In this document: positions 9,469-19,594 of the stretch, piece by piece
Layout of the letters: each line of letters starts with the position of its first letter
How positions within the stretch are numbered: the stretch's first letter is position 1
Source: an uncultured virus (IMG/VR IMGVR_UViG_3300029305_011999)
Lineage: Duplodnaviria > Heunggongvirae > Uroviricota > Caudoviricetes
IMG/VR virus record: IMGVR_UViG_3300029305_011999
DNA: 64,000 nt
Strand: one strand, 5' to 3'
Program-made: the position numbers and the translations under genes
Notes under the pieces: generated by a model
The model's input: the letters and a program-made list of their open reading frames with translations, nothing else
Databases searched by the model: none
Told to the model about the DNA's origin: nothing

Positions 9469-10548
9469 TTATAGCGTTACAACCACCATAAAGGTTGCTT
9501 TTGTGGAAACATCGGAAGTGGACACCGATAGGGTTTTGCCGGTCTTTGAGCCGGAAGTTCCCCAAGAGGTGTCGATAGCACCGTCCTTGTTATACTTCGT
9601 CCAGGTGTAGGTGCCTTTACCCTCGGCATCGATTTCCGCACCCGCCTGGTAAACAACAGCAGTAAGTACCGTAGAGCCTTGACCGTTCTTAAAGACATCC
9701 CCGCCCGTGGAGGTAACGATAACCTGGATGGGGTCAGAGTTATCGATGAAGGTCGCAACATCGGTAAAGGTGCTGTTGTAGGTATTGGATGTGGAATCGG
9801 AGTCGGTTGCCACGCAGCGGAATACTGCATAGCTGTCAACGGCAGCCGCATACACAGTAAGAGTTGCTGTGGTGGTGCCGGTATATTTGCCCGTGGTGTC
9901 GGTGAGTTTTCTCCAACCCGTGCCAAAGGAGGCATCATAGCCGGAAGAAGTGGTAGCGGTTACGGTGCTGTCCATAATTGCCCATTTGTAGGTAACGTTT
10001 GTGGTATCCACAGTAGAACCGCGCCACAGCTCTGCCTTTGCAGTAAGGGTTGCGACTTCGGTATTCTTAAAGACGTTACCGCTGGGGGTTGTTACGAGCA
10101 GGTCAACGATACCACCACCGTTAACAACTCTGCTAAAGGAAATTGTCAGCGGATGAGTAATGGAAAGACCCGTGGATGCATCCTTGTAGGTGATTACGCA
10201 GCGGTAATCAATACCGGTTAAACCTGCCATCACGTTAGCTTTTACGGTCAAAATATGGCTCTTTGCACCGCTCAAAGCATAGTTGCCGGAACTTGTAATG
10301 GCGGTAGTGGAACTACCCACATACCACTTAACAGAGGTAACCGCAGCGGATGTGATTTGGTCGGTAGTTGTACCGATAACATAAAGGCTGGGAGTCAAGA
10401 CCAGGTTGGTCTTTGACCAGTCGGGAGTGTAAGTCGCATTGTCGGGGTTATACATCTGCGACTTCACGTGGTTTGAGCCAATATAACCCGTTAAGGTTAA
10501 GGCGTCATTATAGTCAATAATCGTAAACTGACCTTGTGCTTTACTCAT
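9469..10548 (-). CDS. Minor tail/baseplate protein with Ig-like repeats
   Basis: Repeated G(N/D)VFKN motif also present in the upstream gene; start at MSKAQG after AAGGAGG. Confidence 0.7.
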   Translation of the reverse strand: MSKAQGQFTIIDYNDALTLTGYIGSNHVKSQMYNPDNATYTPDWSKTNLVLTPSLYVIGTTTDQITSAAVTSVKWYVGSSTTAITSSGNYALSGAKSHILTVKANVMAGLTGIDYRCVITYKDASTGLSITHPLTISFSRVVNGGGIVDLLVTTPSGNVFKNTEVATLTAKAELWRGSTVDTTNVTYKWAIMDSTVTATTSSGYDASFGTGWRKLTDTTGKYTGTTTATLTVYAAAVDSYAVFRCVATDSDSTSNTYNSTFTDVATFIDNSDPIQVIVTSTGGDVFKNGQGSTVLTAVVYQAGAEIDAEGKGTYTWTKYNKDGAIDTSWGTSGSKTGKTLSVSTSDVSTKATFMVVVTL

Positions 10549-10567
10549 AGGAAAATCCTCCTTATAT

Positions 10568-12397
10568 TCAGCCGAGCAGGCTGTTTCTTGTTGTCGTGTC
10601 GATGAGGTCGCAGAAGAAGGTTGCTCGTACCTTGACATCATCGGAGGTGATTTCGATGGATTTTGTGCCACCGAAGTGAGCATCGTTCCACAGTTTATCT
10701 GCCTCGGCATCTTCGGAAACCCGCGTCCAAATGAACTGATTTTCATCAAGGGTGTTCGTTACATTTTCATCCCAGGAGAAAACTGTGGCATAAAGGGTTG
10801 TGTTAATAATGCCGTTTTTGAAAATGTTTCCGTTTGAAGAGGAAATCACCAAGCGGTACATCTTCTGGTTTTCGATTTCGGTTACTCGGTCACCAACCTT
10901 GTCCACCGAGTCCGTTGTCGCATAGGCACGAAGGACAACTTCGCCCGTTTCCAAATCCCAATAGGACGAGCCATCTTGGGACTGAAGAACTCCGGCTTTT
11001 ATGATGTTTGCCACCAAAGTGCCGGAAGTAATGAAATCTGCCACAATCTGCCCGTCAGCGGTGATAGCCGTTTCGTAGGGACCATTGTAGCCGTTACTTG
11101 AGAAGCCAAGACCACCAACATTCCATCTCCAGACATTGACCGCCTCCTCAACAGAGGGAGCGTCCAATATAAGCAGCTCATAGGGGTGGCCGTTTTCACT
11201 TGCGGTGTTAATGACCACATAGCCACCGGATTGTCCTGTGATAAGTCCCGTAGCATTCTTGATTGCAGAATTCATAAGCACGGGAAATCTGTCGATTTTT
11301 GTCGATGCCTCCTCCGCAGCGGATTCAGCCGCAGAAACATTATCCAGTAGGTTTGCTTTGGCAGATCCAAGAGTTATGGAGATATACTTCTCTGCGAGGG
11401 TGTCGTATTCGGTTGTGATTACCTTTGCCTTTGCGGTAATACCAAGAACGCTGTGGCGAATTGTAACGGTGTCACACAAAGATACACGCTCCAATGTGGC
11501 AGCATAATCGGGTTGTTTCCACAAAGGTTCAAAGGCTATGGTCAGCGTTGGAACGGAAGTACCGAGCGGATTGTTTTTGAGATAGTTGTTTGCGTATGCT
11601 CGTAAGCCTTCCTCAGTTACCGGGTTCTCATCGTCAAAATACTCGGTGAAATCACGAATGAGTGTCTTTCGTTGAACCAATGTTGTATCCGTAATAGGAA
11701 GAAGCACTTCCGGCAAAGTTACTGCCGTTTCGGTACCGTCTTCGGCAGTAATAACTGCATACGGCAAAAGGTCGGTAAAAACATCGGTATTTTCACTGTC
11801 GTGTTCAAGGTCTGTGAGGTTCTTGCCATATTCAATGACCACACCCGTTTTCGTGCCTCGACCTTGATGGTGTATTACTTTGAAGTTATCCCACTCAAAT
11901 TCACCACCCCATAAATCAAGAAACGAACCCACTACACCACCAAGACAAGCTCGAACACTCTGGGGTTTGGATACCGAGAACGGCTTTGCCGAGGAGTAGT
12001 CGGTTTGGAAGGTGAAGTTGTGCGCCGTTGCCGTATTCGAGAACACTCGATCCATCGCAAGGCTCGGTGAAATAGACTCTGCCGACCACTGCAATGCCGC
12101 CACATTGGAAAGGTCGTAAGAAATATGCTGTGCATAAACTGTGACCTCGCCGTTGATAGGCGTAGAAATGCGGTAAATGCGGAACACCTGGTCATCGGCC
12201 GTGTCGTTAGGTTTGGCTTTAACCAGGCGTTCCGTTGCAAGTTCCTTATACATTGCGCCCGTGATGGGATATTTAAGAACACATTCATAGGCACCGTTGC
12301 GTTCTTCGGTTACCTCACAAGAGGTGCAATCCTTCAGAACACCGATACCGAATGTGGTAAAGTTGGTAGCATTCGCTTTGTAAAGAACAGGAATCAT
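10568..12397 (-). CDS. Tail endopeptidase-like / Tal spike protein
   Basis: VTEERNGAYE, QVFRIY, YGKNLTD, AITADGQIVADFI; follows the distal tail gene. Confidence 0.85.
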   Translation of the reverse strand: MIPVLYKANATNFTTFGIGVLKDCTSCEVTEERNGAYECVLKYPITGAMYKELATERLVKAKPNDTADDQVFRIYRISTPINGEVTVYAQHISYDLSNVAALQWSAESISPSLAMDRVFSNTATAHNFTFQTDYSSAKPFSVSKPQSVRACLGGVVGSFLDLWGGEFEWDNFKVIHHQGRGTKTGVVIEYGKNLTDLEHDSENTDVFTDLLPYAVITAEDGTETAVTLPEVLLPITDTTLVQRKTLIRDFTEYFDDENPVTEEGLRAYANNYLKNNPLGTSVPTLTIAFEPLWKQPDYAATLERVSLCDTVTIRHSVLGITAKAKVITTEYDTLAEKYISITLGSAKANLLDNVSAAESAAEEASTKIDRFPVLMNSAIKNATGLITGQSGGYVVINTASENGHPYELLILDAPSVEEAVNVWRWNVGGLGFSSNGYNGPYETAITADGQIVADFITSGTLVANIIKAGVLQSQDGSSYWDLETGEVVLRAYATTDSVDKVGDRVTEIENQKMYRLVISSSNGNIFKNGIINTTLYATVFSWDENVTNTLDENQFIWTRVSEDAEADKLWNDAHFGGTKSIEITSDDVKVRATFFCDLIDTTTRNSLLG

Positions 12398-13119
12398 ACG
12401 GAACACCACCTCGGAAGAACGGCAACCGCTGTGATTCCCCCTGTGAAGGTGATGATGTTTTCACCCGGATGCAACAGCGGGAAACCATCTCCCGAAACGG
12501 TGTCGTTCATAGATTCTGCTCCGCGATAGCAATTCATCTGCTCGGAATCAATAGCCACTCCGTTTGTATCATCAAATATCCAGGTGGCATTTTTATCGAG
12601 AGATTGAATTGTAAGCGTTCCTTTGCCTTTCCCTGCAAGCGTAATAAGAGGCTTGCTAACGAAAGGATACGGATTATCAACCTTTCCGCCATTCAAAAGC
12701 ATAACGCCTTTCTGCCCCTCAAGGGCGTAACGGAACGGATGGCAGGAGAAGCTGATCGTGAAGATGCCGATGCGGTTCATCTCATCCTCGATATCGAGCT
12801 TTCCTGCGTAGACTGCTTTTCGGGAGAATTCGGTGTCATAGGTATCGGTGAGTTCGTGATAGGTATTGAGTCCCGAATACAACCAACCCTTCACAGCCGT
12901 TATTTTTGCGGACAGTTCGGAGATGGTCTTTGCAGGAATAAATACCGAATAGGTTATCTGCACATTAGGAAGTCTGCCGCCACTCGAAATGAGGTCGCCA
13001 TCTCTGCCGGGAATGGAGAGAAAATCCACCTCGTATTCCGGTGCGGAAAAGACATCCTTGCTTTCAATGCGGATACCCATATCACAGGAGCGGATGCCCT
13101 TATAAACGAAATAATTCAC
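12394..13119 (-). CDS. Distal tail protein (Dit-like)
   Basis: SIPGRDGDL, FSCHPFRY, FPLLHPGEN, PRW; directly after the tape measure. Confidence 0.8.
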   Translation of the reverse strand: MNYFVYKGIRSCDMGIRIESKDVFSAPEYEVDFLSIPGRDGDLISSGGRLPNVQITYSVFIPAKTISELSAKITAVKGWLYSGLNTYHELTDTYDTEFSRKAVYAGKLDIEDEMNRIGIFTISFSCHPFRYALEGQKGVMLLNGGKVDNPYPFVSKPLITLAGKGKGTLTIQSLDKNATWIFDDTNGVAIDSEQMNCYRGAESMNDTVSGDGFPLLHPGENIITFTGGITAVAVLPRWCSV

Positions 13120-15731
13120 GCAAATACCACTCCTTTCCGTTTTGCGAATTGTCCGGCAGTAACGAGTACTTCGTTTGTGAGCTGCTGGATATCTTCGTTT
13201 GAATAATTGTTAAAGTTTGCGATGTTAAGGACAATTGAGAAGCCGTTTTGTGCTGCAGATTTGCCCGTTGCGGAAGACATAGCACCATCAACGCTACCTC
13301 TGACATTAAAGTCGGTAGGCAGTGCGGTTTCCATATCTTCGGCAAGTCCGTGCATTACATCGGTAATGGCGGAACTCATACCTTCGGCGGCTTTTACAGC
13401 CTCTTTGCCGTGGGTGCCGATAGAACCGGCAAGGCCATCAACGAGCATTTCACCGATCCATCCCATCTCTTTAGAAGGAGATGCGATGCCGAAGAAGTCG
13501 CAGATGCCGTCCCAAATGCCGGAAATCCATCCACTGACCTTATCCCAAAGCCAGGATGCAAGACCCTGGATGCCTTCCCACAGACCCTTGACGAGGTTCT
13601 TACCAACATCAGCCATCTGCGATACACCTTTACCCAAGGCACTAACAATGCCCGTGATAATCTGCGGAATTGCTTTTACAATTTCAATGATTATGGTCGG
13701 CAGGTTCGTGATCAGCGAAGTAAGCAAATCAATACCCGCTTGGATAATCAAAGGAATGTTGTTCAGCACAGCGTTGATAATGCCGGTGATGATGTCCGGG
13801 ATAGCATTCACGATGGTGGTTATAATCTGCGGTAGGGCTTTAATCAACGAAACAAGCAAGTCGATACCTGCCTGTATAATCATTGGAATGGCACCAAGCA
13901 CCGCTGTGATGATGCCCTCAATAATCTGTGGAATTGCCTCCACGATTGCCGTTATGATTTCCGGCAACGCAGCCACAAGGCTTGTGATTAAGGTAATACC
14001 CGTTTGAATGATTTGAGGTATGGCATCAAGCAAGAAGTTGATGATACCCAGAATGATTTCGGGCAGAGCCGCAATCAGCACAGGAAGAGCATCCAGGATA
14101 CCCTGGGCAAGTCCCATAATGAGCTGAAGGGCGGCATCCAAAATCATCGGTAGGTTTTCAATCAAAGTCGTAACAATCTGTATGATGACCTGGATGATTG
14201 TCGGGATAAGCGTAGGCAAAGCCGCCGCAATACCCGTAGCCAGGGTTACGACCGCTTGGAGAGCCGTGTCGATGAGCATCGGTAGGTTCTCCAGGATGCC
14301 GTTTACAAGTGCCATTACAAGCTGTAACGCACCCTCCGCGATTTGAGGCAACGCCTCGATTAAGCCTTGAAGCAATGAAAAGATTATCTGCGATGCGGTG
14401 TCGATAATTGTCGGTAGGTTTTCGACGAGTGCTTCTGCAAGAGAGCCAACAATCTCTCCGGCAATTTCCAAAAGTTCAGGTATGAATTCCATAATCATAT
14501 CGAGAACCTTCGGCAGAATTTCACCGATAACGTCACTCATCTTGCCGATGTCGCCATTGGCATCGAGAATGCCGTTTGTAAACTCACCAAGGAGAGCGTT
14601 GCCCTCCGTAGCAAGGTCGGTTAATACCGGAAGTAAGACTGTACCGAGTGCGTTCTTGGCGGCTGTTGCACCAACATTGAGGTATTGGAGTTGGTCATCC
14701 AAAGCACCGTAGGCATTGAGCATATCGTCACTCATAACGTAGCCCGCCGCCTGTGCTTGTTCGCCAAGCTCATTCATTCGCTCTGCACCTTGCTCGATGA
14801 GGGGGTTCAGTTCCTGGGCGGATTTACCCAGGATTTGCATTGCGAGTGCATCACGCTCGGTTTCGTTTTCAATTTTGCCAAGGGCATCGATAACTTCCCA
14901 ATAGACGGTATCCGAATCACGGAGAGAACCATCAGTATTGGTAACTTGGACACCCAACTTCTCGTATGCCTCGACAGAAAGCTTGGTGCCGTCTTGCACC
15001 GCTTTCATCGACTTAATTTGCTTTGCCATCGATTTTGTCAACGTCTCGGTAGAAACGTCAACAAGCTCGGCAGCATACATATATTCTTGCAGTTTGTCGG
15101 TTGCGATGCCCGTCTGCGAAGAAGTTGTTATAACCCCATCCGCATAAGCAGCACCGGCAGTAGACATATCCACAAGAGCCTTTGCTCCGGCAATGGCTGC
15201 GGCAGACACAGCAGCGAAGGCGGCTGCCATAGTAGCGGCGGCAGCCTTACAAGCTGTACCTAAACCGCTGAATTTGCCACTTGCTTCATCGCTTTGTTCG
15301 CCTGCGTTTTCAACTTCGTCGCCGAACTTATCCGCATCCTTTTCGGCATCCTCGAATCCGTTTTCTGCTTCATCGAGCGCCTTATTGTTTGCTTCAAGTT
15401 CACGCTCCATATTGTTAAGAGCAGCGGTTGCGTTGTTTAATTGAATCTGCCAGGCTTGGGTTCGTTTATCATTCTCTCCAAAAGAGGATGAGGCGTTTTC
15501 AAGGGCGGAACGTAGAGTTTCGATTTTTGACCTTTGAGCCTCGATCTCCTTGTTGAGAACCTGGTTGCGGGCAGTGAGAGCTTCGACGGAGTTATCGTTC
15601 TTGCCAAACTGCGACTCAACTACCTTCATCTCCGAACCGAGAACTTTAAAGGACTGGTTAATATCGGCCAATGCTTTTTTGAATTCTTTTTCGCCTTCAA
15701 GACCGATTTTCATGCCGAAGTTATCCGCCAT
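13116..15731 (-). CDS. Tape measure protein
   Basis: 871 aa; N-terminal coiled coil, many 11-residue LPxII amphipathic repeats, FFGIASPSK. Confidence 0.92.
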   Translation of the reverse strand: MADNFGMKIGLEGEKEFKKALADINQSFKVLGSEMKVVESQFGKNDNSVEALTARNQVLNKEIEAQRSKIETLRSALENASSSFGENDKRTQAWQIQLNNATAALNNMERELEANNKALDEAENGFEDAEKDADKFGDEVENAGEQSDEASGKFSGLGTACKAAAATMAAAFAAVSAAAIAGAKALVDMSTAGAAYADGVITTSSQTGIATDKLQEYMYAAELVDVSTETLTKSMAKQIKSMKAVQDGTKLSVEAYEKLGVQVTNTDGSLRDSDTVYWEVIDALGKIENETERDALAMQILGKSAQELNPLIEQGAERMNELGEQAQAAGYVMSDDMLNAYGALDDQLQYLNVGATAAKNALGTVLLPVLTDLATEGNALLGEFTNGILDANGDIGKMSDVIGEILPKVLDMIMEFIPELLEIAGEIVGSLAEALVENLPTIIDTASQIIFSLLQGLIEALPQIAEGALQLVMALVNGILENLPMLIDTALQAVVTLATGIAAALPTLIPTIIQVIIQIVTTLIENLPMILDAALQLIMGLAQGILDALPVLIAALPEIILGIINFLLDAIPQIIQTGITLITSLVAALPEIITAIVEAIPQIIEGIITAVLGAIPMIIQAGIDLLVSLIKALPQIITTIVNAIPDIITGIINAVLNNIPLIIQAGIDLLTSLITNLPTIIIEIVKAIPQIITGIVSALGKGVSQMADVGKNLVKGLWEGIQGLASWLWDKVSGWISGIWDGICDFFGIASPSKEMGWIGEMLVDGLAGSIGTHGKEAVKAAEGMSSAITDVMHGLAEDMETALPTDFNVRGSVDGAMSSATGKSAAQNGFSIVLNIANFNNYSNEDIQQLTNEVLVTAGQFAKRKGVVFA

Positions 15732-15743
15732 ATCACCACCTCC

Positions 15744-15946
15744 TTAAATTCCGTCGGGGATAATATCGTCAACAAAACGCTCCCTCTTGGGTTTGGCGAT
15801 ACCGCTGTATTGCTTGTGGCATTCCCACAAGTCAAGGAGTAAGCCAAACGGCATCAGCCACACTTCTTCCTGTAAAAGGTGGAGGTGCGCCAAGCCGTAA
15901 TATAAAAGTCGAGTAAATAACTCTTCGTCACTTACTCGACCGCCGC
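15744..15946 (-). CDS. Tail assembly chaperone -1 frame extension (gpT-like)
   Basis: Open -1 frame RGGRVSDEELFTRLLYYG...WLMPFGLLLDLWECH...IIPDGI*, entered via the slippery A AAA AAC at 15953-15947. Confidence 0.8.
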
Positions 15947-16315
15947 GTTTTTTGAGTTGTCCTCGCTCTCGATATTTCGCTTGGTGCCCTTGAACATAGC
16001 CTCGGTGATTGCGGATTTGTAGGTTGCCAAATCTGCAGGTGCGGTGAGCAGTTCCACCACATCTTCGGTGAGCAGTTCCTTCGGGTCATCCTTATGCTTG
16101 AGGTTGTGAACCAGGATAGTTTGGTTTGCCATCAAGGTGATAAGCCAGACAATCTCGCCGATTGCCATCTCGAAGTTTTCACTCTTCATCAGCTTATCGC
16201 CAAGGTTCTCAAGCCCGCCGTAACGAGCAGCGATTTCCTTGGTAGCCTTGGTGGTCAACAGTAATTCGTATTCCTCACCACCGATGAGGATAGTTGCAGA
16301 GCGTTCAGTATTCAT
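15932..16315 (-). CDS. Tail assembly chaperone (gpG-like)
   Basis: Lies between the major tail and tape measure genes; ends in a slippery site. Confidence 0.85.
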   Translation of the reverse strand: MNTERSATILIGGEEYELLLTTKATKEIAARYGGLENLGDKLMKSENFEMAIGEIVWLITLMANQTILVHNLKHKDDPKELLTEDVVELLTAPADLATYKSAITEAMFKGTKRNIESEDNSKNAAVE

Positions 16316-16329
16316 ACGTTAATCCTCCT

Positions 16330-16935
16330 TTAGTCCTTTTCGGGGGTTGCGGAAGCCGTGTAGTTGGGTTCGTACACTTCCTTGTACCAGTTGGTGATGG
16401 TGCTTGCAGACACGTTGCTATCGCCCTCGGTAACCTCTGCCTTCCAGGGATGCTTGTTTGCACTGTCGATTTTATTGCGGCGCATAATAGTTCCCTCGAT
16501 GGTAGGAGTGCTGAAGGTAATGCTGTCACCCTTGGTAGCAAGTGCCGTAGCAGGAATACCGAACTTGACACGGTAAAGCCAGAAGTAACGGTACTTGCCG
16601 TTGGCCTTCTTTGCACGGAAACCGACAGCCACAGGAGTGCCACCATCTTCGGCAGCGGAAATTACGACACCGTTTTCATCAATGGTAGATCCGGTAAGGT
16701 CGGATGCAACGCTGCCACCCAAATCATCAACACCCAAAGAAAGAGTGCCGGACTTGAATTCCTTGACGATTTCGGCTGCACCGTCATCGGCATAAAGAGT
16801 AGCCTCTGCCAACTCCACAGAAAGGTCTGCGGTCATAGCTTTGGCAAGCTGTACCGGGGTTGCATAGGTTTCGTTGCCGTCGGCATCCTCGGTGATTTTT
16901 GAGTAGAACAATTTATCAAGACCAATCGTAGCCAT
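16330..16935 (-). CDS. Major tail protein (phi13-like)
   Basis: IGLDKLFY, LYADDG, YRYFWLYRVKF. Confidence 0.9.
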   Translation of the reverse strand: MATIGLDKLFYSKITEDADGNETYATPVQLAKAMTADLSVELAEATLYADDGAAEIVKEFKSGTLSLGVDDLGGSVASDLTGSTIDENGVVISAAEDGGTPVAVGFRAKKANGKYRYFWLYRVKFGIPATALATKGDSITFSTPTIEGTIMRRNKIDSANKHPWKAEVTEGDSNVSASTITNWYKEVYEPNYTASATPEKD

Positions 16936-16937
16936 GA

Positions 16938-17279
16938 TTATTCCTCCATTTCATAGAATTTGGCTACATCCACTGCGTAGTGGTAGTAGCCCGTTTCGGT
17001 TTCATAACCGATGTATCTTCGGTCGGTTATGGTAAAGTCATCTGCCAACAGCAACTTCACAAGAGCGTTTTTATCCTTGATATAGTTGCCTTGACAATAA
17101 AGAGACAGCCTTGCTTCTTCCACATCAACACCGGGAGCGTTGTCTGCGTGAAGCTCGAAGCTGTCGGCAATAGGAGTTACAACGATATATTTTTCGGGTG
17201 CCTCATCCTTAAACACGCCAGTTTCAATAGGAATACCCAAGGGATATACCACTCGTTGTATATCGGCAAGAAGGCTCAT
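16938..17279 (-). CDS. Tail completion/terminator protein
   Basis: GYETETGYYH motif; synteny. Confidence 0.75.
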   Translation of the reverse strand: MSLLADIQRVVYPLGIPIETGVFKDEAPEKYIVVTPIADSFELHADNAPGVDVEEARLSLYCQGNYIKDKNALVKLLLADDFTITDRRYIGYETETGYYHYAVDVAKFYEMEE

Positions 17280-17707
17280 AATTTGCTGACCTCCTCTTCA
17301 AATTTTCTCTGCATCGCAGTCATACAAGCGTCCTTTGCAGAACGCTTGGCGGGTTTCAAAAAAGGTTTAGCCGGTTGTCCGTGCTTGCCGTACTCGATAA
17401 TGTTGGCGATTTTCGCATTGCTTCCACCATTGGCACGGGGTTCAGAAAAACCGATTTTTATATTGTGGTTACCGTCCTTATCCATCCTTACGGAGGTAAG
17501 ACCGAGAGAGCGTTCCAATTCACCCGTGGAGCGGGAGTCGTATTTAGTACCGCTACCCACAGAGGATGCGAGGTTGCTTTTAACCTTTGCAAGGACAACT
17601 TCGCCTCCGGCTTCGAGGACGCTTTCGGCAACGCTGTCAAATCTGCTACCCAGTCTTGAAATCTGCGTAAGGAATTCTTCAGGCATTTTGAAATCAACCT
17701 TTGCCAA
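17276..17707 (-). CDS. HK97 gp10-like neck protein
   Basis: STGELERSL, IEYGKHGQPAKPFLKPA. Confidence 0.85.
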   Translation of the reverse strand: MAKVDFKMPEEFLTQISRLGSRFDSVAESVLEAGGEVVLAKVKSNLASSVGSGTKYDSRSTGELERSLGLTSVRMDKDGNHNIKIGFSEPRANGGSNAKIANIIEYGKHGQPAKPFLKPAKRSAKDACMTAMQRKFEEEVSKL

Positions 17708-18035
17708 CGGTCGCCACCACCTTTTTTGCTAAAACCTCTATATACATTCCACGGCCTTTCACATCCTCAACGGAGGTGATTTCGTATCTGCCACCATCGC
17801 ACACAATAATGCAATCGGTGGTAATCTCAACGCCGGGAATGGTGCGAAAACGAAAGAGGTCGGTGGCTTCGCTAAAGGCAGATAAGTTAGCCCAACGCTG
17901 TGAGCCGTGCCGACCCTCTCTGTATACACGGATGGAAGCGAGGATTTCATCCACCGTAGCGGTGAAACCCTCGCTGTCCTTTATCCTTTTTGTAACAATG
18001 ATATCCGCAAAGCCGTTCATCTTTCCAAAACTCAT
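17694..18035 (-). CDS. Head-tail adaptor / head closure protein
   Basis: RYEITSVEDVKGRGMYIEV; synteny. Confidence 0.8.
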   Translation of the reverse strand: MSFGKMNGFADIIVTKRIKDSEGFTATVDEILASIRVYREGRHGSQRWANLSAFSEATDLFRFRTIPGVEITTDCIIVCDGGRYEITSVEDVKGRGMYIEVLAKKVVATVGKG

Positions 18036-18037
18036 AC

Positions 18038-18358
18038 TCACACCTTCCAATCTCGGTCAAGCCGTAAAAGCATATTAACGGTGTTCCAAACTTGCTGGCT
18101 TGCTTGAACGTTGTCGGCAAAGAAGCCGCCTGTACTACCATCCCTGGATTCGTAAAAGTGTGAGGCAAGCATTATGACCGCTTGTTCCGTTGTGGGCGGC
18201 ATATCATTTTCACTGTAGTATCCTTCTGTAATGTGCTGATAGCTTTCCGCATAGGAAACAGCAGCGGTGATAAATCCCTTCAGCAAGGAATCGTCAGCCT
18301 CGTGTTCCAATATTAAGTTTTGCTTGACCTTGTCAAGAAGTTCATCCATCACCGCCAC
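18038..18358 (-). CDS. Head-tail connector (gp6-like)
   Basis: VKQNLIL...DDSLL, QAVIMLASHFYESR. Confidence 0.85.
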   Translation of the reverse strand: MAVMDELLDKVKQNLILEHEADDSLLKGFITAAVSYAESYQHITEGYYSENDMPPTTEQAVIMLASHFYESRDGSTGGFFADNVQASQQVWNTVNMLLRLDRDWKV

Positions 18359-18366
18359 CTCCTAAC

Positions 18367-19578
18367 TTAAGCAGTAGTAGTACCCTTCATCTGAAGAACC
18401 TTGATGGCTTCAGGAAGGATGAGCTTACCATCAAGACGCTTGGTAGCAAGGAAACCGACCTGACCGGAATCAGCATAACGCTCATTGAGGCGGCGGAAGG
18501 TAATGCCCTGGCGGTCTCCAATCCAATAGAAGTAGAAGTCACCAAACAGAGCCACCTTATTACCGGCGGCAATGGTAGGAACGAAAGGAGAAGTGTAAAT
18601 CGGTCTGCCGAGGAGGGTTTCGTGTTCGCCCTCGTGGAGAGCCTTCTGCCAGAGGAACTGTCCGTCATTGCCCTTGAGCTTACGGATAGCAGCCATAGTG
18701 TCATCGTTGAAAATCCAAATTGCCTTTCTGCGATAAGGAGCCTTCAAACTGTAGTAGAGATTGATAATCTCTTCGGCGGTGATCGCAGTGCCGGAAGCAG
18801 CGGTAACACCTACTTCAGCACCACCGTTGTCAGCAAGCACACCAAGGGGCTTGTTTTCACCATTGCCGTTGAAGAATGCGTCCTCTTCCTTGTCACCAAT
18901 GCGACGGGCAAATTCGGTTACAAAGTAGTTCTCAAGGTCAAAGGCAGAGTCGTTGAGCAACTCTTCGGACACCTTGATGATAGTGCCAACCTTGTGAGCG
19001 CCGATGTTCTGCTGACCAAAGACATCATCACCTTCGGGAATAGCACCTTCCTCGTCAATCCAGGAAGCGGTGCCTTTGGTAGTTACCACAGGGATTTTGT
19101 GGCTGCCGGAATTAGTCTGGAAAATGTGTGCGTGTCCACGGACAATGTGTTCCTGGTGAAGAGCCTTAACAAGAGTGTTTTCAAACTCATCAGGACAGAG
19201 ATAGCCACCTTCGCTGTCAACGCCTTCCTGGAGCGCATTGCGTACTTCGTAGGACACACCATTCTTGGCACGGGTTACATTCCAGAATGCGTCCTTGTAA
19301 GCGTCGGTTGCACGGCCGACCTTTGTTTCAACCTTAACAGCATCAGGCTTTGCGGTGAGGGGCTTGCTGGTGGGAGCGCTCATCTCTCTGTCAAGAGCCT
19401 CCTGGCGTTCAAGACGAGCAATCTCCTTGCCGAGTTCTGCAACATCATTCTCCATACGAGTGTAGGTTGCATCATCTTCGGCAGAAAGAACGCCGTTTTC
19501 GTTACGGCGGGACTCAAGGAATGCCTTTGCAGCATCCCAGGCTTTGGAGCGCTTAGTGCGCAGTTCGTGAATAGTCAT
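18367..19578 (-). CDS. Major capsid protein, HK97 fold
   Basis: N-terminal delta coiled coil, EGGYLCPDEF, VSEELLNDS, TLLGRPI, FGDF. Confidence 0.95.
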   Translation of the reverse strand: MTIHELRTKRSKAWDAAKAFLESRRNENGVLSAEDDATYTRMENDVAELGKEIARLERQEALDREMSAPTSKPLTAKPDAVKVETKVGRATDAYKDAFWNVTRAKNGVSYEVRNALQEGVDSEGGYLCPDEFENTLVKALHQEHIVRGHAHIFQTNSGSHKIPVVTTKGTASWIDEEGAIPEGDDVFGQQNIGAHKVGTIIKVSEELLNDSAFDLENYFVTEFARRIGDKEEDAFFNGNGENKPLGVLADNGGAEVGVTAASGTAITAEEIINLYYSLKAPYRRKAIWIFNDDTMAAIRKLKGNDGQFLWQKALHEGEHETLLGRPIYTSPFVPTIAAGNKVALFGDFYFYWIGDRQGITFRRLNERYADSGQVGFLATKRLDGKLILPEAIKVLQMKGTTTA

Positions 19579-19594
19579 AATGTTAACCTCCAAG

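Noticed and set aside
5837..12397. Diversity-generating retroelement or tail-fibre shufflon
   Set aside because: No reverse transcriptase, no TR/VR pair differing at adenines, and no inverted fibre cassettes seen
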